Positions 19,563 through 29,634 of a DNA stretch of 64,000 bases are shown one piece after another (within the stretch, counting starts at the first letter, position 1; every line of letters begins with the position of its first letter). The position numbers and the translations under genes were made by a program. The notes under the pieces were generated by a model that was not told the origin of the DNA, did not search any database, and saw nothing but the letters and a program-made list of their open reading frames with translations. This stretch comes from Planctomycetota bacterium. GTDB taxonomy: Bacteria; Planctomycetota; B15-G4. The stretch spans positions 4,736,001 to 4,800,000 of the forward strand of contig CBDFJQ010000002.1 of NCBI GenBank assembly GCA_965248575.1, read 5' to 3'.

Positions 19563-20903
19563 TCATCGCCTCAGCAAGAAACAGTCCGTGAAGTTGTTGG
19601 TGTCGACAGCGACCGTCAGGTTCTTGGCTTCTGACGGGAAGGCCACGTACTTTGCGCGGCCCGAGAGGCAGGGCCAGGAGCTGCTCCCGTCGGAGTCGAT
19701 GCCGTTCGGGCCGAGGGTCATGCGCACGCTGGTGCCCTTCTTCATGTCACGCAAGAAGATCTGAGTGATGGGGTCGTTGTACTGGCTACGGAAGGCCACG
19801 AAGCGACCTTCGGGGGAGATCGCGGGCAGCAGGCCCCCAAAAATGATGGGCTCATTCTCGGGGCCTATGCTGACGAGCACGGTGGTCTTCTTCTTGAGGT
19901 CGCGCAGCAGGACATCGGCGCCCGTGTAGTTGGACTCGCTTTCGAGATTATGCGCGTCGGTGCGAAAGGCGAGGAAGCGACCGTTGGCGGAGATCGAGAT
20001 GTCCGGCCCGCTGCGCGGTGGCAGCACGGAGCCCATTACCGGCATTCCCTGCGTGCCATCAGTGGCCACACTGGCACGTACGATCGTGCCCTTCTTGAGG
20101 TCCACGGCGTAGACGTCCTCGAAGCCGTTGGTGTCCTCTGGCACCAAGGCCGCCTTGGTGGTGAAGGCCACGATGCGACCATTGGCCGAGATCGACGGAT
20201 CCTTGCAGTCCTCATCCGCCTGACTGCCGTCGGATGCCAGGCTGAGGCGCGTGGTGAGTCCCTTCTTCCGGTTCCGCAGGAAGATGTCGAACTTGTTGTT
20301 GGTGTCGCCGGGAACCAGCTTGCTGGATGTCGACTGGAAGACCACGAGCTTGCCGTTCTTGTTCACGTCGGCCTTCGTGCTGTGTCCGCTGACGGCGTCG
20401 CCATTCGAGTCCACCGAGATGCGTTCGGTGCTGCCTTTCTTGACGTCGAAGAGGAACACCTCGGAGCTGAACCCCGGATCGGGCTCAACGATCTCGCTGT
20501 CCGCGCTGTCGTAGACCACGTGCTTCCCGGAGGACGAGATGGCAGGGCGCCTGGCTCCAAGCGCAGGAGCGCCCCCATCGACTGTCAAGGCGACCGGGAT
20601 CGTGACGTCCTTGCGGGAGTCGTAGAGATAGATGTCGTGTTGCACTGCTGGGCCGAGCAAGAGATTGGTCGAGTTGCTCTCGATGGCTGCCCAGCGGCCG
20701 TTGGCAGAAAGGTCCACGCGGCCGACGCCCTGGTCGGGCTCGAAGCCCGTGGACCAGCCAGGGATCCGTTGGACCATTCCCTTGGGGAACTTCGGGGTCT
20801 TGGGAGGTTTGGGCAACATGGCGGCGAGCAGGCAGACGAGCACGGCCAAGCTCGCACAGGCCACGGGGGCAGAAGTCAGGAAGCGGTGGGCAAGGCGTTT
20901 CAT
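19563..20903 (-). CDS. secreted TolB-like/PD40 beta-propeller protein, Lys-rich
   Basis: Repeats 'ISANGRxVAF', 'LVPGDTNNKFDIFLR', 'DTNGFEDVY', 'ISPEGRFVAF'. Confidence 0.85.
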   Translation of the reverse strand: MKRLAHRFLTSAPVACASLAVLVCLLAAMLPKPPKTPKFPKGMVQRIPGWSTGFEPDQGVGRVDLSANGRWAAIESNSTNLLLGPAVQHDIYLYDSRKDVTIPVALTVDGGAPALGARRPAISSSGKHVVYDSADSEIVEPDPGFSSEVFLFDVKKGSTERISVDSNGDAVSGHSTKADVNKNGKLVVFQSTSSKLVPGDTNNKFDIFLRNRKKGLTTRLSLASDGSQADEDCKDPSISANGRIVAFTTKAALVPEDTNGFEDVYAVDLKKGTIVRASVATDGTQGMPVMGSVLPPRSGPDISISANGRFLAFRTDAHNLESESNYTGADVLLRDLKKKTTVLVSIGPENEPIIFGGLLPAISPEGRFVAFRSQYNDPITQIFLRDMKKGTSVRMTLGPNGIDSDGSSSWPCLSGRAKYVAFPSEAKNLTVAVDTNNFTDCFLLRR

Positions 20904-21079
20904 CAGTCGATTCTCGTGCTGGCGAAGGATAGGCGGGCGCGCTGAGTAGAGGGAACCCGTAGGAAGTGAATCGGGAATGCGGTGTCGACGTCTCGCCCAA
21001 CAAACAAAATCCTTGGTCGGTGCGAGACGCCAGCCTCGCGCTCTCGATTCATCTAGCTGACCCGCTGCTGGAGGAACCG

Positions 21080-22783
21080 ATGCGCGCTGTACCCATGGCT
21101 GGAATCTTGCTCGTCCTGTTGGCCTGCGTCCTGCTTGCGCCGGCCGTCAGGGCTCAGACCACTCTGCACGGGTTTCAGGGCTCGACACCCGGCGAGGCCC
21201 ACGGCTACAGCGTGGCCAACGCGGGGGATGTGGATGCAGACGGCTTCGACGACATCGTGGTGGGCTCGCCTTTCTACGACCGTTTCGTCTTCCCCAGCCA
21301 GATCCTGCCCGACGCCGGGAGGGCTGTCGTGCGTTCGGGAGCCACCGGCGCGGTTCTGATCAGCGGGATCGGGGGCGCAGCCGGGCACCGCCTCGGTTTC
21401 GATGTTGATGGCGCCGGTGATGTGAACAATGACGGCTTCGACGATGTGATCGTGGGCACCCCCGGCAAGCAGGCGGGCAGCTTCACGGTCTTCTTCGGGC
21501 CGGACGGCCAGGTCGCGCTCGAGACCACGAGCACCTTCGGCGCGCCCTTTGGATTCGGTACGTCGGTCGCAGGTTGCGGCGACGCGAACGCGGATGGCTT
21601 CGACGACGTCGTGACTGGCGCACCCTACACCAGCACGGTCCAGGGTCTCGAGACGGGCATGGTCTATGTGTACGACGTGATGCACCAGCAGGTGATCGCA
21701 CTTGCTTCGGGCACAGAGGCCGAGGCACACCTGGGGTGGTCGGTGGACGGTGCGGGGGATGTGGACGGCGACGGTCGGGCAGATGTGATCGTGGGGGAGC
21801 CCCATCGCGACTCGAAACTGCCGGGCTTCCCGGTCTTCAACGACTCGGGGCGCGCGGTGGTGTTCTCCACCAGCATGAATGACATGCCGATCCTGCTGTC
21901 GTTGCCGGGCGACTTCGTCAACGGTACGGAGGCTGGCTACTCGGTGGCCGGTGCAGGCTTGGTCAACGGCGATGGCGTGCCGGACTTCTTCGTGGGCGCG
22001 CCCGGCACCAACAGCGGGACCGGCGCGGTGTCCTTGCGATCTGGGTTATCGGGTGCCCTGATCACGAGCTACGACGGGGCGTTTGCCGGCGAGCGCTTCG
22101 GGACGGCAGTCGGCGGGGGCGGAGACTTCAATGCCGATGGCTTGCTCGACGTCATCGTCGGGGCTCCGTCCTACGACGTGCCGCCTTTCGGACTCAACCG
22201 AGGCCGCATCGAGGTGCGCAGCGCGCTTAGTGGCGTCGTGCTGCACACGGCGTCGTCGCTCAGCGGCGGCGAGATCGGCTTCGCAGTGGACATCGGTGCG
22301 AAGACGGATCTCGATGGGCGCGACGAGATCATCTACGGAGCTCCCTCAAACGACTCCGCCGCGAGCAACGCAGGAGCGTCATGGGTCGTCTCAAGCTCGG
22401 ACTTCCTGACGGCTGTGGGCTTCTACGGCAGTGCGTTCCCGGGAACCCTGGGCGAACCGGACATCAGCATCAGCGGCTCACCGTCGATCGGCGCGAATGT
22501 CAGCATCCTGTTGGAGAGCTCCGCTCCTGCCATTGTTCCTGCCGTGCTGGCCGCAGGCTTCGCGCCGCTCGCTTTGTCGTTCTATGGCGGAACCCTGCTC
22601 GTGGACCCACATCTGACCCTGCAGCTGAATCTGGCACCCGGAAGCTCAGCGCTGCCCATCATGCTTCCCGATGAAACACAGTTCCTTGGGCTGAACATCT
22701 ACCTGCAGCTCTGGCAGGTCGACGCCGGGGCGCCGCACGGCGTGGCCCTCTCGCGCGGCATGCACTTGGTGCTCGGGAATTGA
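21080..22783 (+). CDS. secreted FG-GAP/integrin-alpha-like propeller protein with conserved CTD
   Basis: GGAGG RBS, signal peptide ending PAVRA. About 7 'G.SV..AGDV.xDGxxDxIVGAP' Ca-binding repeats. CTD 'FYGGTLLVDP...YLQLWQVDAGAPHGVALSRGM'. Confidence 0.9.
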   Translation: MRAVPMAGILLVLLACVLLAPAVRAQTTLHGFQGSTPGEAHGYSVANAGDVDADGFDDIVVGSPFYDRFVFPSQILPDAGRAVVRSGATGAVLISGIGGAAGHRLGFDVDGAGDVNNDGFDDVIVGTPGKQAGSFTVFFGPDGQVALETTSTFGAPFGFGTSVAGCGDANADGFDDVVTGAPYTSTVQGLETGMVYVYDVMHQQVIALASGTEAEAHLGWSVDGAGDVDGDGRADVIVGEPHRDSKLPGFPVFNDSGRAVVFSTSMNDMPILLSLPGDFVNGTEAGYSVAGAGLVNGDGVPDFFVGAPGTNSGTGAVSLRSGLSGALITSYDGAFAGERFGTAVGGGGDFNADGLLDVIVGAPSYDVPPFGLNRGRIEVRSALSGVVLHTASSLSGGEIGFAVDIGAKTDLDGRDEIIYGAPSNDSAASNAGASWVVSSSDFLTAVGFYGSAFPGTLGEPDISISGSPSIGANVSILLESSAPAIVPAVLAAGFAPLALSFYGGTLLVDPHLTLQLNLAPGSSALPIMLPDETQFLGLNIYLQLWQVDAGAPHGVALSRGMHLVLGN

Positions 22784-22812
22784 GTCTGAGCGCCCTCGCG
22801 CGAGGTGCGCGG

Positions 22813-25557
22813 TCATGGTTGTGGGTCGGGCTCGGCGTGCGACAAGATGCTGATGAAACGTCCGGTTTGCGCGATGTTGCGCAGCTCGACACTCCCACGC
22901 ACGTAGTCAAGGTCCGGGAATCCCAGAGCCAGACCGTGTTCTAGCGCGTCCAGTGCTCGGCGTTCGAACTCAGCGGCGCGGCTTTCGTCCAGGCTCATGC
23001 ACAGTGAGAGGATCTCCGCCATGGACACGAAGACGCCCGGATCGTCGGGAGCCAATTCGGCCAGCGGAGTGAGCAAGGACTCTGCCTGTTCCAACTGTTT
23101 GCGCGCGATGCGGCCGTAGGCTTCCTGGATGCTGGCCCAGGCCAACTGGGCTCCGATCCCGGCATCCCCTGGCTGGAGCTCAAGGGCATGAGCGAAGGCG
23201 AGCCGAGCCACCTGCCCTGGCTCGCACGCTTCCGCTCGTCGTTCCACCTGGACCAGGAAGCTGGCCAGGTTCAAGGCGGATCTGCCGAGGACGCTCTGGT
23301 TCTCGAGCACATCGGGGAAGCGATGCGCGGCTGATTCGACGGCTTGCATGCCACGCAGCAACAGCGGCTCGACTTCGGCCCAGCGCCCCTGTGCGCGTAA
23401 CGTGAGCCCCAGGTTCTGGCTCAGCCCTGAGAGGGTGCGCGCGTATTCGGGTGTTGCAGGGAAGTCCTTGACCAGCTGCTCGGACAGGGAGAGGCCTGCC
23501 CGAAGCAAGGGCTCTGCATCCTCAGGCGGTTCGAGGCCACCGGCGTTCATGCAGACCAGAGCTGCGGCGTGCAGGGCCTCTGGGTCTTCCGGTGATTCGC
23601 GCGCTCGCTCCAGCAGGATGGGTGTCGCCCGTCGCAGCAGCTCGCGTGCCTGGCTCGAGTCTCCCGTTCGCGATCGCAAGATCGCGCGCCCCAGCAGGGC
23701 GTTGCCCAGTTGCGATCGGGCGTTGGCGCTTCCGCCGTCGGCTTGGCGGAGGAGATCAGCCGCAACGGCGGCGGCGGCGAAGGCCTGATCGGCCTGCGTG
23801 GCGCGGCCCATGCGATCCAGGGCGTGGCCGAGGTTGCGCTGCACCGTACTCAGTCGGTCGAGCCCGAGCGGGTCGGTAGCGCTGCGCAACAAGTCGCGCG
23901 CTCGTTCGTAGGCTTCGATGGCCTCGGTGTTCCGGCCCTGTCCGAAGAACGCATTGGCCAGGGAGTTGAGACAACTCGCGAGTTGCTCGGATTGCTCAGC
24001 GTCTGGCGTCCGGTGCTCTCCCAGGACCGAGAGCTGATTGACGAAACAAAGCTCAGCTTCGGGCAACCGGCCCAGCATCGCCAGCACTTCGCCCATCGAG
24101 CCCTGCATGTCTGCCCAACGCCGTCGCATCTCGGGCTCATTGGGCTGCTGGGGCATGAGTTCTTCGAACAGGGCCAGCGCCTCCTCCAGCAGGCGCAAGC
24201 GCGTGGCCTCCATGCGCGGGATCCCTTCCAGGGAGCTGTCGCCGACCTCGAAGAGGAAGACGTCGAGCGCTCGCAGGGCCTGGTCGAGGTTGGACTGGGC
24301 GCGATCGCGCTGCTCCTCGATCCGATGGGACGAGCGATCCCGTTGTACCGCCAGTGCCAACGGAGCACCGATCGCAAGCACCAAGGCGAGGGCTCGGGCG
24401 GGATGGCGCTGCGCCCACCGGGCCGCGCGTGAGAGCGGGCCTGCACGTCGTGCTTCGACCGGGCGGCGCGCGAGCACATGCTCCAGGTCGCGAGCCATCA
24501 GCGCTGCGCTGGGGTAGCGGCGCGTGGGTTCGGGCTCCAGTGCCTTGTGGCACACGGTGTTCAGGTCGCGAGAGACGTCGCGGTTGGCGGCGCGGATGTC
24601 GACGGCGTCGCCCTGCAGGATCGCGCGGGTGAGTGGGTCGCCGCGCAAATCGCCGTGTGGAGGCGAGAGTGTCAGCAACTCGCAGAGCATGGCGCCCAGG
24701 CCGTAGATGTCAGTCTGCACGTCGAGGGCATCGCCTCGTAGCTGCTCGGGAGCCATGTACGCGAGAGAACCCACGCGCGACCCCGTGCGCGTCACTCGGG
24801 GGGAGTCGGGCGCACTTGCCAGGCCGAAGTCGAAGAGCAATGCACGGCCGTTGGTCGTGAGCATCACGTTCGACGGCTTGAGGTCGCGATGCAGCACGTT
24901 CTGGCGATGGGCAAAGTCGAGCGCCAGCGCGACCTCGCGCATCATCTGCACGCAGGCATCGACCCAGGCGCCCTCGAACAGGGCGCCACTCAGCGTGGGC
25001 GGTTCACCATTACGACGCTGCACGGCACGGCTGAGCGCGTCGGCCAGCTCTTGGCCGCTGTGTGGGAGCTTGCCCTGGCATTCAGCGAGGACCTCCGCCA
25101 GCGTTGCCCCGTGTTGCAGCTCCATGGTGAAGTACGGGATGCCGTGCTCTTCGCCCACGGTGTAGACCGGAACGATGCCGGGGTGCTGGAGGTGTGCCAC
25201 CACTTCGACTTCACGTCGGAAACGCTCCCGTGCTCCTGGAAAGAACAGCTGATCCGGGCGCACGAGCTTGAGCGCGACCTCCCGACCCAAGGACTCCTGG
25301 AGCGCGGCATACACGATGCCCATGCCGCCCGCACCCAGGCGACGCCGTAGGCGGAAGTCCCCCAAGCGTTCAGGAATATCGGCGTCCGCCTCAAGCAGGC
25401 CGGTGCCGGCCAAGGTGCTCATGCGCGAACGCAGAGCGGCGGCGTGCTCGGGGCGCTCGCGGCAGAGCTCCTCGATCGCGCCGAGTCCGGAACGCTCCAT
25501 GCGATCCAGGCACTCCACTACGAGGTCACCCAGTTCGTCGACGTCGTGGTTTTCCAT
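22813..25557 (-). CDS. Hanks-type Ser/Thr protein kinase with C-terminal TPR region
   Basis: LGAGGMGIVY, VALK, HRDLKPSN, DFGLA, GSLAYMAPEQ. Start reset to MENHDVDE. Confidence 0.92.
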   Translation of the reverse strand: MENHDVDELGDLVVECLDRMERSGLGAIEELCRERPEHAAALRSRMSTLAGTGLLEADADIPERLGDFRLRRRLGAGGMGIVYAALQESLGREVALKLVRPDQLFFPGARERFRREVEVVAHLQHPGIVPVYTVGEEHGIPYFTMELQHGATLAEVLAECQGKLPHSGQELADALSRAVQRRNGEPPTLSGALFEGAWVDACVQMMREVALALDFAHRQNVLHRDLKPSNVMLTTNGRALLFDFGLASAPDSPRVTRTGSRVGSLAYMAPEQLRGDALDVQTDIYGLGAMLCELLTLSPPHGDLRGDPLTRAILQGDAVDIRAANRDVSRDLNTVCHKALEPEPTRRYPSAALMARDLEHVLARRPVEARRAGPLSRAARWAQRHPARALALVLAIGAPLALAVQRDRSSHRIEEQRDRAQSNLDQALRALDVFLFEVGDSSLEGIPRMEATRLRLLEEALALFEELMPQQPNEPEMRRRWADMQGSMGEVLAMLGRLPEAELCFVNQLSVLGEHRTPDAEQSEQLASCLNSLANAFFGQGRNTEAIEAYERARDLLRSATDPLGLDRLSTVQRNLGHALDRMGRATQADQAFAAAAVAADLLRQADGGSANARSQLGNALLGRAILRSRTGDSSQARELLRRATPILLERARESPEDPEALHAAALVCMNAGGLEPPEDAEPLLRAGLSLSEQLVKDFPATPEYARTLSGLSQNLGLTLRAQGRWAEVEPLLLRGMQAVESAAHRFPDVLENQSVLGRSALNLASFLVQVERRAEACEPGQVARLAFAHALELQPGDAGIGAQLAWASIQEAYGRIARKQLEQAESLLTPLAELAPDDPGVFVSMAEILSLCMSLDESRAAEFERRALDALEHGLALGFPDLDYVRGSVELRNIAQTGRFISILSHAEPDPQP

Positions 25558-25621
25558 GACCCCCCGAGGGTCGGTCGGTGGCGTAGGATGAAGGCTGACC
25601 GGCCCCTCCAGACTACCGCCC

Positions 25622-26197
25622 ATGCCCGCCCTGGACGACGGCAGCTCCGCATTCGACTCTGACGCCATCGAGCAGCTGCTCGTGGAGCACCTCCCTGGCC
25701 TGCGGGCCTTCGTGCGGTTGCGCGCTGGGCCCGTTCTGCGCTCCCGGGAGAACGAATCGGACGTGGTGCAATCGGCCTGCCGCGAGGTCTTGGAGCGCGC
25801 CCACACGTTCCAGCATGGCGGGTCCGCCGGATTCCGGCGCTGGCTCTACACCACTGCCCTGCGGAAGATTCTCGACAAGCACGACTTTCATACGGCTGCC
25901 AAGCGCGACGTGCGCCGCGATCATGCCATCGACGATCCAGGGCTTCTGGCGGCCTATCACAGTTTTTGCACGCCCAGCGGTGTCGCGGCGGCGCACGAGC
26001 AACTGCAGCAGATCGAGTGCGCGTTTGAACAGCTGTCCAAGGATCACCGTGAAGTCATCCTGCTCTCGCGCATCGTGGAGCTGACCCGCGGCGAGGTTGC
26101 CGCCGAGATGGGGCGCAGCGAATCCTCGGTTCGCAATCTGCTGCATCGTGCCCTTGCACAACTCGCTCAACTGCTCGAGGCGGCGGGCACAGCCTAG
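25622..26197 (+). CDS. ECF sigma factor
   Basis: Sigma2 'LRAFVRLR...ESDVVQSACREV...FRRWLYTTALRKI'. Sigma4 'LSKDHREVILLSRI..LTRGEVAAEMGRSESSVRNLLHRA'. Confidence 0.92.
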   Translation: MPALDDGSSAFDSDAIEQLLVEHLPGLRAFVRLRAGPVLRSRENESDVVQSACREVLERAHTFQHGGSAGFRRWLYTTALRKILDKHDFHTAAKRDVRRDHAIDDPGLLAAYHSFCTPSGVAAAHEQLQQIECAFEQLSKDHREVILLSRIVELTRGEVAAEMGRSESSVRNLLHRALAQLAQLLEAAGTA

Positions 26198-26305
26198 CGC
26201 CGCGTGCATGCTCTGTCGCACGAAGCTGCTGTGCAGCCCCCCGGCCGCTGTTACATTGACGTCCATGGGTGAAATGGACACGACGACGCGCGCGGCGAGG
26301 GTTCC

Positions 26306-27265
26306 TTGAAACTCGCGCTGCTCTTGTTGCTGCTCTGCGCGGTGGGCCTGGGGTTCGGCTTGACCCTGCCCACAGTCAGCTTCCACAAGGTGGGCTCCGA
26401 CGTGGAGATCTACTCGATCCTCACGGGCGTCACGAGCATGTGGGACGACGGCAACTGGATCCTGGCGCCGATCATCTTCCTCTTCTCCGCAGTGTTTCCG
26501 TCGGCCAAGCTCGTGCTGTTGGCTGCGGTGCTCACCGGTCGGGGCAAGCCCGCCGTGCGGCTCCGGGTGACGCGCTTCCTCGACCGCCATGGCAAGTGGT
26601 CGATGTTGGACGTGTTCGTCGTCACCGCCTTCGTGGCCTCCATCCGCCTGGGATTGATCGCCCACGCCGTTTCGGACGTCGGCATCCATGTCTTTGGCGC
26701 CACGGTGCTGGCGTCCATGTTGTGCTGCCACCTGGTATTGCGCCTGGAGAACCCCGATCTTCCGGAGAAGGTGACGCTGCAGCGTGGGGGAGCCGGAGGG
26801 CGCGTGGTCAGCACGGCCTCCGCCATCGTGCTGGGAGTGGCCTGCTTCCTGCCCCTGCTTGACGTCCGCAAAGCGTTCTTGTTCCACAACGAGTTCGTCC
26901 TGCTCGGGTCGACGGGCAAGTTGATCGAACACGGAGAACTGCTGTTGGCGGCCGCCCTCGGCGTCTTCGTGATGGGCATCCCCGCCGTGCGCGCCTTGCT
27001 GCTGCTGCGCTTCCGATGGTGGCCGCGAGAGACCGGCCGCGGCGCGCGTCTGGCCTTGGCGCTCGGTGCCTGGGCCATGCTCGACGTGTTCGCCCTGGGT
27101 GTCGGCATCGTGCTCATCAAGTTGAACGAGCTGGCCACGGCGCGTGCGCTTTCGGGCGCCTATCTCGTGCTTGCGGCAGGGCTCTTGGCGTGGCTGGATG
27201 GATGGTTGATCACACGCGAGCGAGGAGTGCCCGCCGTTCCCGCCTCGTCTGACCTGCGGGCGTGA
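26306..27265 (+). CDS. pqiA: paraquat-inducible protein A family, tandem two-domain
   Basis: 'SILTGV..MW...LAPIIFLFSAVFP..KL', 'GKWSMLDVFVV', second 'WAMLDVFAL'. Confidence 0.8.
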   Translation: MKLALLLLLLCAVGLGFGLTLPTVSFHKVGSDVEIYSILTGVTSMWDDGNWILAPIIFLFSAVFPSAKLVLLAAVLTGRGKPAVRLRVTRFLDRHGKWSMLDVFVVTAFVASIRLGLIAHAVSDVGIHVFGATVLASMLCCHLVLRLENPDLPEKVTLQRGGAGGRVVSTASAIVLGVACFLPLLDVRKAFLFHNEFVLLGSTGKLIEHGELLLAAALGVFVMGIPAVRALLLLRFRWWPRETGRGARLALALGAWAMLDVFALGVGIVLIKLNELATARALSGAYLVLAAGLLAWLDGWLITRERGVPAVPASSDLRA

Positions 27266-28501
27266 CTAGAGCCCTGCCTCAAGCACGACCACATCGAGCG
27301 CATTGCCCAGGCGGACGTTGCCACCACCGTCGACGAAGGCTCCCTGCGCGTGGATCGTCACTGACGAGGTGCCGTTCGGTAGGAAGGGCGCCCCGACAAG
27401 GGTCGATCCGGAGGCGGGCACGGCGCCCCCTGCGATCAGGTGAAAACCCGCCGCGGGGTGCAGCGCGAGCTTCTGTCCGGGGAAGTAGAGGGGAGCCGAG
27501 TCGAGCGAGAGCAGGAAGAAGGCGCCTTCGCCGCTGGGTGCGTCCATCTCGAGGGTCACCTGCGTCTGTTCGCGGATGACGGCTGGCAAGCGCAAGCCGC
27601 GGCTTGTGTCAGCGACCATCGTGAGCAGGCCGGCGACCACTTCTGCAGGCAGACCAGGCGGGCCGGGGTTGCAGGACCCTGGGTCGTTCGGTGCACCACC
27701 GAGCCCGGGTGTGAGCACGGTGTCTCGAACCACAACTCTCCCTGCGGCTCCGTCCACCTGCAGGGCGGGCCCGCCGTCGCCACCGTCCTTGCACGGTTCA
27801 GCGGGCACGCTCACGGGTCCCGTGCCTCCCGTCAGGGTGGATCCGTCGAACAGCACGAGGCCGCCGCGCACCAGGGCGCCTGCTCCTCCGGGAGCCCCCC
27901 CGAGGGGGCCAAAGCTGACCTGCCCGACCCCCCCGAACAGATCACATCCCTGGACGAAGACGGTTCCATCCTCCACAAGCAGGCCGGGGCGGCCGATGCT
28001 GCCGCCCTCGACGAGCGTGCAGTCCACGAGCGTGACGCTGCTGTCACCACGCACGGTCACCGCAGGTCCGGCCGACGACGAGGCGGAGCTGGAGACGAAA
28101 ACGCAATCGCGCGCCAAGACAGGGCCCTCACAATCGCGGATGACCAGCGGACTGTGGACGTAGACGCCTGGGAAGAGCGAGAAGGTTTGCAAGCCAGAGA
28201 GGGTCACGGAGCTACCGGCCGGGACATCCTCGATCACGAACGGGCCGCTCATGGCGACCGGTGGTCCATCGGCTGCGATGACAAGGCCGAGCCCGGAGAT
28301 TGTCGGCCACGTGTAGGTGGCCGTCCCGCGCACGAGGATCACGTCACCATCGGAGGCTGCCGCGACCGCCGCGGGGATATCCGCGAAGTCGACGCCAGGG
28401 CCACCGGCGGCATCGACGACGAACACGTCGGCGGAGGCCCGGGAAAGCAGCAGCGTGACGGCGAGGACTGCAGCGAAGATCGGGTTGTGACGGCAGCGCA
28501 T
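27266..28501 (-). CDS. secreted pectin-lyase-like beta-helix protein with CTD variant
   Basis: Signal peptide ending ASA. 'VVDAAGGPGVDFADIPAAVAAASDGDVILVR', Gly-rich beta repeats, C-terminus 'HAQGAFVDGGGNVRLGNALDVVVLEAGL'. Confidence 0.75.
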   Translation of the reverse strand: MRCRHNPIFAAVLAVTLLLSRASADVFVVDAAGGPGVDFADIPAAVAAASDGDVILVRGTATYTWPTISGLGLVIAADGPPVAMSGPFVIEDVPAGSSVTLSGLQTFSLFPGVYVHSPLVIRDCEGPVLARDCVFVSSSASSSAGPAVTVRGDSSVTLVDCTLVEGGSIGRPGLLVEDGTVFVQGCDLFGGVGQVSFGPLGGAPGGAGALVRGGLVLFDGSTLTGGTGPVSVPAEPCKDGGDGGPALQVDGAAGRVVVRDTVLTPGLGGAPNDPGSCNPGPPGLPAEVVAGLLTMVADTSRGLRLPAVIREQTQVTLEMDAPSGEGAFFLLSLDSAPLYFPGQKLALHPAAGFHLIAGGAVPASGSTLVGAPFLPNGTSSVTIHAQGAFVDGGGNVRLGNALDVVVLEAGL

Positions 28502-28632
28502 GGAAAGGTCTCCGAGGTGCTGGGCCAAGTCTACTCCCCTGCAGGCATCCTGCGCGTGTGATCTGCTGTCCCGAGCCGGTCCAAGAGTGGCTTCAAGGCC
28601 AGCTTTCGTTACGCCTGGCGATACGGCCTTGC

Positions 28633-29106
28633 TCAGTCCTGAGAGCGCGCTGTGTCACGCCGCACCCACCGCTGCAGCTCCTCGAACTGCATGCGCAACA
28701 GCTCCTCGTGTCGATGTCCATAGAGGTTGCGCGAGTGTCGGCCCCGGCGCGCGGCCCGCAGCAGTGCGCGCGGGCCCAAGACCAGCCCCATCAGTACGAA
28801 GACCAGCCGGTCTGCCCAGAAGAAGGCGTTGAAGCGGCAGCCGCCGCTCGCCAGCTCCCAAGCAGCCAACTGCGACTCGCCCCGGTAGCTCGTGTCGTAG
28901 CCGGTGAGCACATGGTGCACGTCGTGGACGATCAGCGCGTTGCGCAAGCCAAGCCCCCAAGGCAGCGCGAGGGGCAGCACCGGAACCTGCCAGCGTCCGA
29001 TCTTCATTCGACCCCAGCGCACGTCCAACCAGTCCTCCAGGGACTCCATCCCCGGACACAGGTTCATCTCACGTACGTTCTTCCAGAGCAGGGTGGCGGT
29101 GTCCAT
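28633..29106 (-). CDS. Coq4-like metal-binding protein
   Basis: Motif HDVHHVLTGY.T...GE. Confidence 0.6.
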   Translation of the reverse strand: MDTATLLWKNVREMNLCPGMESLEDWLDVRWGRMKIGRWQVPVLPLALPWGLGLRNALIVHDVHHVLTGYDTSYRGESQLAAWELASGGCRFNAFFWADRLVFVLMGLVLGPRALLRAARRGRHSRNLYGHRHEELLRMQFEELQRWVRRDTARSQD

Positions 29107-29193
29107 GGTTGGCGTGACTCCCGGGTCACCTGCATCCTACGACGATCTGGCGGCGGGCTGTTCAGCTCTCCACGAGCCAGGTGCCTCGAAAGT

Positions 29194-29634
29194 TCAGCTG
29201 TCCAGCTCCAGGAACTTCTTCAGGCTGTCCGTCAGGAAGTACGTCCAGCCCGCAACGCCCATTTCCCGGGCGAAGGCTGGTTCGTCCTGAGGGAAGGTCT
29301 CGATGCCCGTGTGGGTCAGGGTCAGCTTCGTGCTTCCCGGGCACTCCGAGAGGACCCACGTGACCAGGGCGTCTCCCTCGTAGCCCGCATAGTTGAAGGT
29401 GTAGGCGAGCCGCTGGAAGGGAACGACCTCCCTGACCTTCCACAGGTGCAGCCAGTCCTTCCCCTGGGATTGGACAACGAACTTCGTCTCGAAGCCGACC
29501 TCCGGACGAAAGCTTTCCAGCGGTTCGAAGAACCACTGGCGCATGGCCTCCGTTTCCGTGATGGCGCGCCACAGCACGGCAGCGCCCACCGCGTAGGTTT
29601 CTTCGACGACGATCGGTCTCGTCTCGCGAGTCAT
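29194..29634 (-). CDS. SRPBCC/AHSA1-domain protein
   Basis: 'LWRAITE..AMRQWFF...F.PEVGF', 'TKLTLTH.G', 'GWTYFL..SLKKFLE'. GGAGG RBS. Confidence 0.9.
   Translation of the reverse strand: MTRETRPIVVEETYAVGAAVLWRAITETEAMRQWFFEPLESFRPEVGFETKFVVQSQGKDWLHLWKVREVVPFQRLAYTFNYAGYEGDALVTWVLSECPGSTKLTLTHTGIETFPQDEPAFAREMGVAGWTYFLTDSLKKFLELDS

Noticed and set aside
25558..25806. N-terminal extension of the kinase ORF
   Set aside because: It overlaps the ECF sigma gene on the other strand. MENHDVDE at 25557 is the plausible start.
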